Source: Candidatus Omnitrophota bacterium
GTDB taxonomy: Bacteria > Omnitrophota > Gorgyraeia > Zapsychrales > JBDRMG01
Reading direction: 5' to 3'
NCBI GenBank assembly: GCA_043812495.1
Contig: JBDRMG010000006.1
Coordinates: 1-46,092 of the forward strand
DNA: 46,092 nt
Shown here: in pieces, positions 43,212 to 46,092 of the stretch
Position numbering within the stretch: the stretch's first letter is position 1
Layout: every line of letters starts with the position of its first letter
Program-made: the position numbers and the translations under genes
Notes under the pieces: model-generated
What the model was told of the DNA's origin: nothing
Databases searched by the model: none
What the model saw: the letters and a program-made list of their open reading frames with translations, nothing else

Positions 43212-46092
43212 AAAGAAAAGTATTATTGATATTTACAGGACTATTTCTTTTTTTCTGGTTATCAATACCATGCATAGCTTTGGAAGACGAAATAGTTTTA
43301 CAATATGAATTTGACAAACCAGTTATAAAAGAAGTGACCATCGCTGAGGAAGTTTATAACTATGTCGTTATCCATGACACCACGACAATGGGAAATGCCG
43401 GTGAACCCTCGCTTCCCATAAAAGGAGCAAAAATTTTAATCCCTGAGGGGATGCAATATTTTTCTTCGGATGTCATTTTAGGCAAGCCTCAGGAAATCCG
43501 TCTTCGTTATCCATTAGCACCGGCCCAAAGAGAATATCCTTTGAGTTTCATAGGATCAATTGACCCGACACCGCCAAACCGAGAAATATATTCTCAATCC
43601 ACGGTTTTTCCTGATGAAGATATACGGCCGATATTGTCTGTACAGAATATGCGTGGATATAAAATAGCGATATTCAATATTTTTCCTGCGCGCTATATAC
43701 CAAGCGAGAATAAACTTCTTTTTTACCCAAATATAGAACTCAGGGTGAAGCTTAAGCCTTCCGAAGAAAAATCTTCCGCTATAAAGAAAAGATCTATACA
43801 GGCAGACTTAGAGGAAGTCTTAAGTTATGTAGATAATAAGGAAGACGTGCCGAAAGAGCTTCCACAAGAAAGGATTAAAGCGAACACCACTCTGCTCGGC
43901 CAGGAAGGACCGTTTGATTATGTGATCATTACCAACCGAGTCTTGGCCGATGCACAGGGAGAGTACACATTTCAGGATTTAATTGCTCTGCGGCAATCCA
44001 AAGGATTAACCGCTACCATTGTGACGACCGATGACCCTGTCCTTGGTATCTACGCCAATTACGATGGGATTCGTCCTGACGGTGGCGAAGATAATCAAAC
44101 CAAAATCAGAAACTTCATCATCGATGCCTACAATCAATGGGACACTCAATATATACTCTTAGGCGGAGATGGAGACACGGAGAATGTTGGCGGAGAAAGC
44201 GGAGATAATATTATACCCGTTCGTTACTTATTCGACTCAGATATTTCTCCTACCCCACCTTATTTCTTTACTCTTATAGCCGCTGATTTATATTATTCCT
44301 GTCTTAATGGGACTTTTGATAGTAATGCCAGTGGCATATATGGCGAATGGTATATTATTGATCAGCCGTTTGGGCCGCTTTTGATTGACGAAGTCGATTT
44401 TTTTGCCGAAGTTTATGTTGGCCGGGCACCTGTTGATTCAGAAGAAGAAGTGTCAAATTTTGTAAAGAAGATTTTTGCCTATGAGGAAGCAAAAGAAAAC
44501 CGTGACCCCTATCTTCTTAATACATACCAAATAGGAGAACATTTAGGAGGTGGAGGAGATAGCGAATGGGCAAAAAATTCTCTTGAAGAAATAAGGTGGG
44601 GCAGCAGTAACCATGGATTTACAACGACTGGAATCCCGGAGGCCTTTGACAGGAATGCACATTATCAGAAAGATTTTTATGATCAATACGAGACTTATGG
44701 AGAAATTCTTTGGGAGCTTGCGTTAAGGACAAATATTTTCCCGGGCAATCCTCATATTATCAATCATCTTGGCCATGCAGATGAAACATCGTTAATGACA
44801 TTGAGCAATAGCGAAGTGGATAATCTGGATAACACAAAGTATTTTATAGGCTATAGCCAGGGTTGCTATGCGGGAGCCTTTGATAATACTGGTGTAGAAT
44901 ACCCATCAGTGTCATCCGATAGTATTGTAGAACATTTTGTTGTCGGACCCCAGGGAGCCGTCGCTTTTATTGCTAACTCACGATTTGGCTGGGGTACTGA
45001 CTATAGCACATACGGTTCTTCACAGCTCATGGCACGGGAGTTTTGGGATGCTGTTTTCGGAGAATCTATATATGGATTAGGAAAAGCCAGCCAGGATTCA
45101 AAACAGGATAATTTTCCCAATTTAAGTTTTAGCTATACTCGATATTGCTACCTCGAGTTAAATCTTTTTGGCGATCCCGCTTTAGAGGTTTTTCCGCCAA
45201 CGAGAATCGTTCCGGAGAAGTATCCTACTATTGAATCTGCCATAGATGCCGCTCAAGGGGGCGATATCGTTTTTGTCCACCCCGGAAGATATTATGAATA
45301 CAACCTTTCCTTAAAATCAAATATATCCCTCATCGGAGCAGGACCGAATTTGACGGTTATTGACGGAGAAGGGTCTACGGCCTTTGACTCCGTTATTAAA
45401 ATAAATGAGATCAATAATTGCCTGATATCAAATCTGCACATCACCGATGGAGTTGGAGCCGGTTTGTGGATGTTGGATTCTCAAGGGGCAATCATGAAAA
45501 ACAATATCGTTACTTCTTCTGGCGTTGGTATTTATTCTCAGAGCTCAAATGGTTTGATAGTCAATAATACGATTACCGATTCTTATCAAGGGATACAGGC
45601 TTTCGACTCGAATTTAAATATTACGAATAATATTATTGTTAATAATGATTTTGGCGGTGTATGGTTAGAGTCCGATTTTTCGGAATTGTCTTACAATAAT
45701 GTTTGGGGTAATATGGGTTTGGGAAATTATTACCATTGTTCTCCCGGAGAATCGGATATTTCCGTTGATCCTCATTTTATTGATTTAGATTTGGAAAATT
45801 ATCATCTTCAAATCAGTTCTGCGTGCGTAGATGCCGGTGATCCTGACTCAACCTATTCAAACGAACCCAATCCAAATGGAGGAAGAATCAACCTGGGTGT
45901 ATACGGAAACACCCCTGAAGCTACAACGAGTGACTTTCTCTGCGGCAATGCCGATGGAAGCGGCGTAGTTGACTTGGATGATGTAGTTTATTTAATTGCC
46001 TACATCTTTACTGGTGGGCCGGCACCTGAGCCGTTAGAAACCGGGGACGCCGATGGATTAAACAGTATCGATTTGGATGATGTTGTTTACCT
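43208..46092 (+). CDS. Secreted gingipain-like C25 cysteine peptidase with propeptide, right-handed beta-helix domain and dockerin (3' end beyond window; absent from the ORF track)
   Basis: ATG 43208 overlaps the upstream TGA; signal MKRKVLLIF..CIA; GEPSLP; YVIIT; YILLGGD; YVGRAPV; catalytic GH (codon 44774) and QGC (codon 44864); LFGDP; YPTIESAI; C-terminal CGNADGSGVVDLDDVVYLI. Confidence 0.88.
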   Translation, partial: MKRKVLLIFTGLFLFFWLSIPCIALEDEIVLQYEFDKPVIKEVTIAEEVYNYVVIHDTTTMGNAGEPSLPIKGAKILIPEGMQYFSSDVILGKPQEIRLRYPLAPAQREYPLSFIGSIDPTPPNREIYSQSTVFPDEDIRPILSVQNMRGYKIAIFNIFPARYIPSENKLLFYPNIELRVKLKPSEEKSSAIKKRSIQADLEEVLSYVDNKEDVPKELPQERIKANTTLLGQEGPFDYVIITNRVLADAQGEYTFQDLIALRQSKGLTATIVTTDDPVLGIYANYDGIRPDGGEDNQTKIRNFIIDAYNQWDTQYILLGGDGDTENVGGESGDNIIPVRYLFDSDISPTPPYFFTLIAADLYYSCLNGTFDSNASGIYGEWYIIDQPFGPLLIDEVDFFAEVYVGRAPVDSEEEVSNFVKKIFAYEEAKENRDPYLLNTYQIGEHLGGGGDSEWAKNSLEEIRWGSSNHGFTTTGIPEAFDRNAHYQKDFYDQYETYGEILWELALRTNIFPGNPHIINHLGHADETSLMTLSNSEVDNLDNTKYFIGYSQGCYAGAFDNTGVEYPSVSSDSIVEHFVVGPQGAVAFIANSRFGWGTDYSTYGSSQLMAREFWDAVFGESIYGLGKASQDSKQDNFPNLSFSYTRYCYLELNLFGDPALEVFPPTRIVPEKYPTIESAIDAAQGGDIVFVHPGRYYEYNLSLKSNISLIGAGPNLTVIDGEGSTAFDSVIKINEINNCLISNLHITDGVGAGLWMLDSQGAIMKNNIVTSSGVGIYSQSSNGLIVNNTITDSYQGIQAFDSNLNITNNIIVNNDFGGVWLESDFSELSYNNVWGNMGLGNYYHCSPGESDISVDPHFIDLDLENYHLQISSACVDAGDPDSTYSNEPNPNGGRINLGVYGNTPEATTSDFLCGNADGSGVVDLDDVVYLIAYIFTGGPAPEPLETGDADGLNSIDLDDVVY

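Noticed and set aside
42864..46092. Diversity-generating retroelement TR/VR pair
   Set aside because: Only two mismatches, with the A on opposite copies; both copies are coding; no reverse transcriptase in the window.
1..46092. tRNA, rRNA, transposase or phage genes
   Set aside because: None recognisable in the window.

Overview
Bacterial chromosomal segment with nearly all genes on the + strand. Gene content suggests an anaerobic diderm, possibly Candidatus Omnitrophota/PVC-like, but this is inference only. Bases 1-38.2 kb are mostly housekeeping: a redox/Fe-S cluster (superoxide reductase, ferredoxin, NDH-2, DoxX, nadA, nifS-nifU, trxA), panD-def-lipA, mlaEFD, mscS-yggT-ybaB-greA, glycosylation genes, rlmB, a PAS hybrid kinase plus Hpt, a TMTC-like protein, and miaA-hflX. 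From about 39 kb there is an AT-richer island of secreted, dockerin-tagged proteases (S8 subtilase, then a gingipain-like C25 running off the window end). The most unusual signal is non-coding. About 11 dispersed copies of one intergenic element occur in both orientations. Each has a fixed scaffold (GTTGAAATATTATAATTGYATTTGCTT..CCC-[hairpin 1]-GGGTYAATTCGGCC-[hairpin 2]-GGCCTCATTRAAAG), covarying stems and a small library of interchangeable, nested mini-hairpin modules. Similar mini-hairpins have also inserted into the core of a c-di-GMP-I riboswitch upstream of the protease island. Four single-base frameshifts, mostly at short homopolymers, are probably sequencing or assembly errors.
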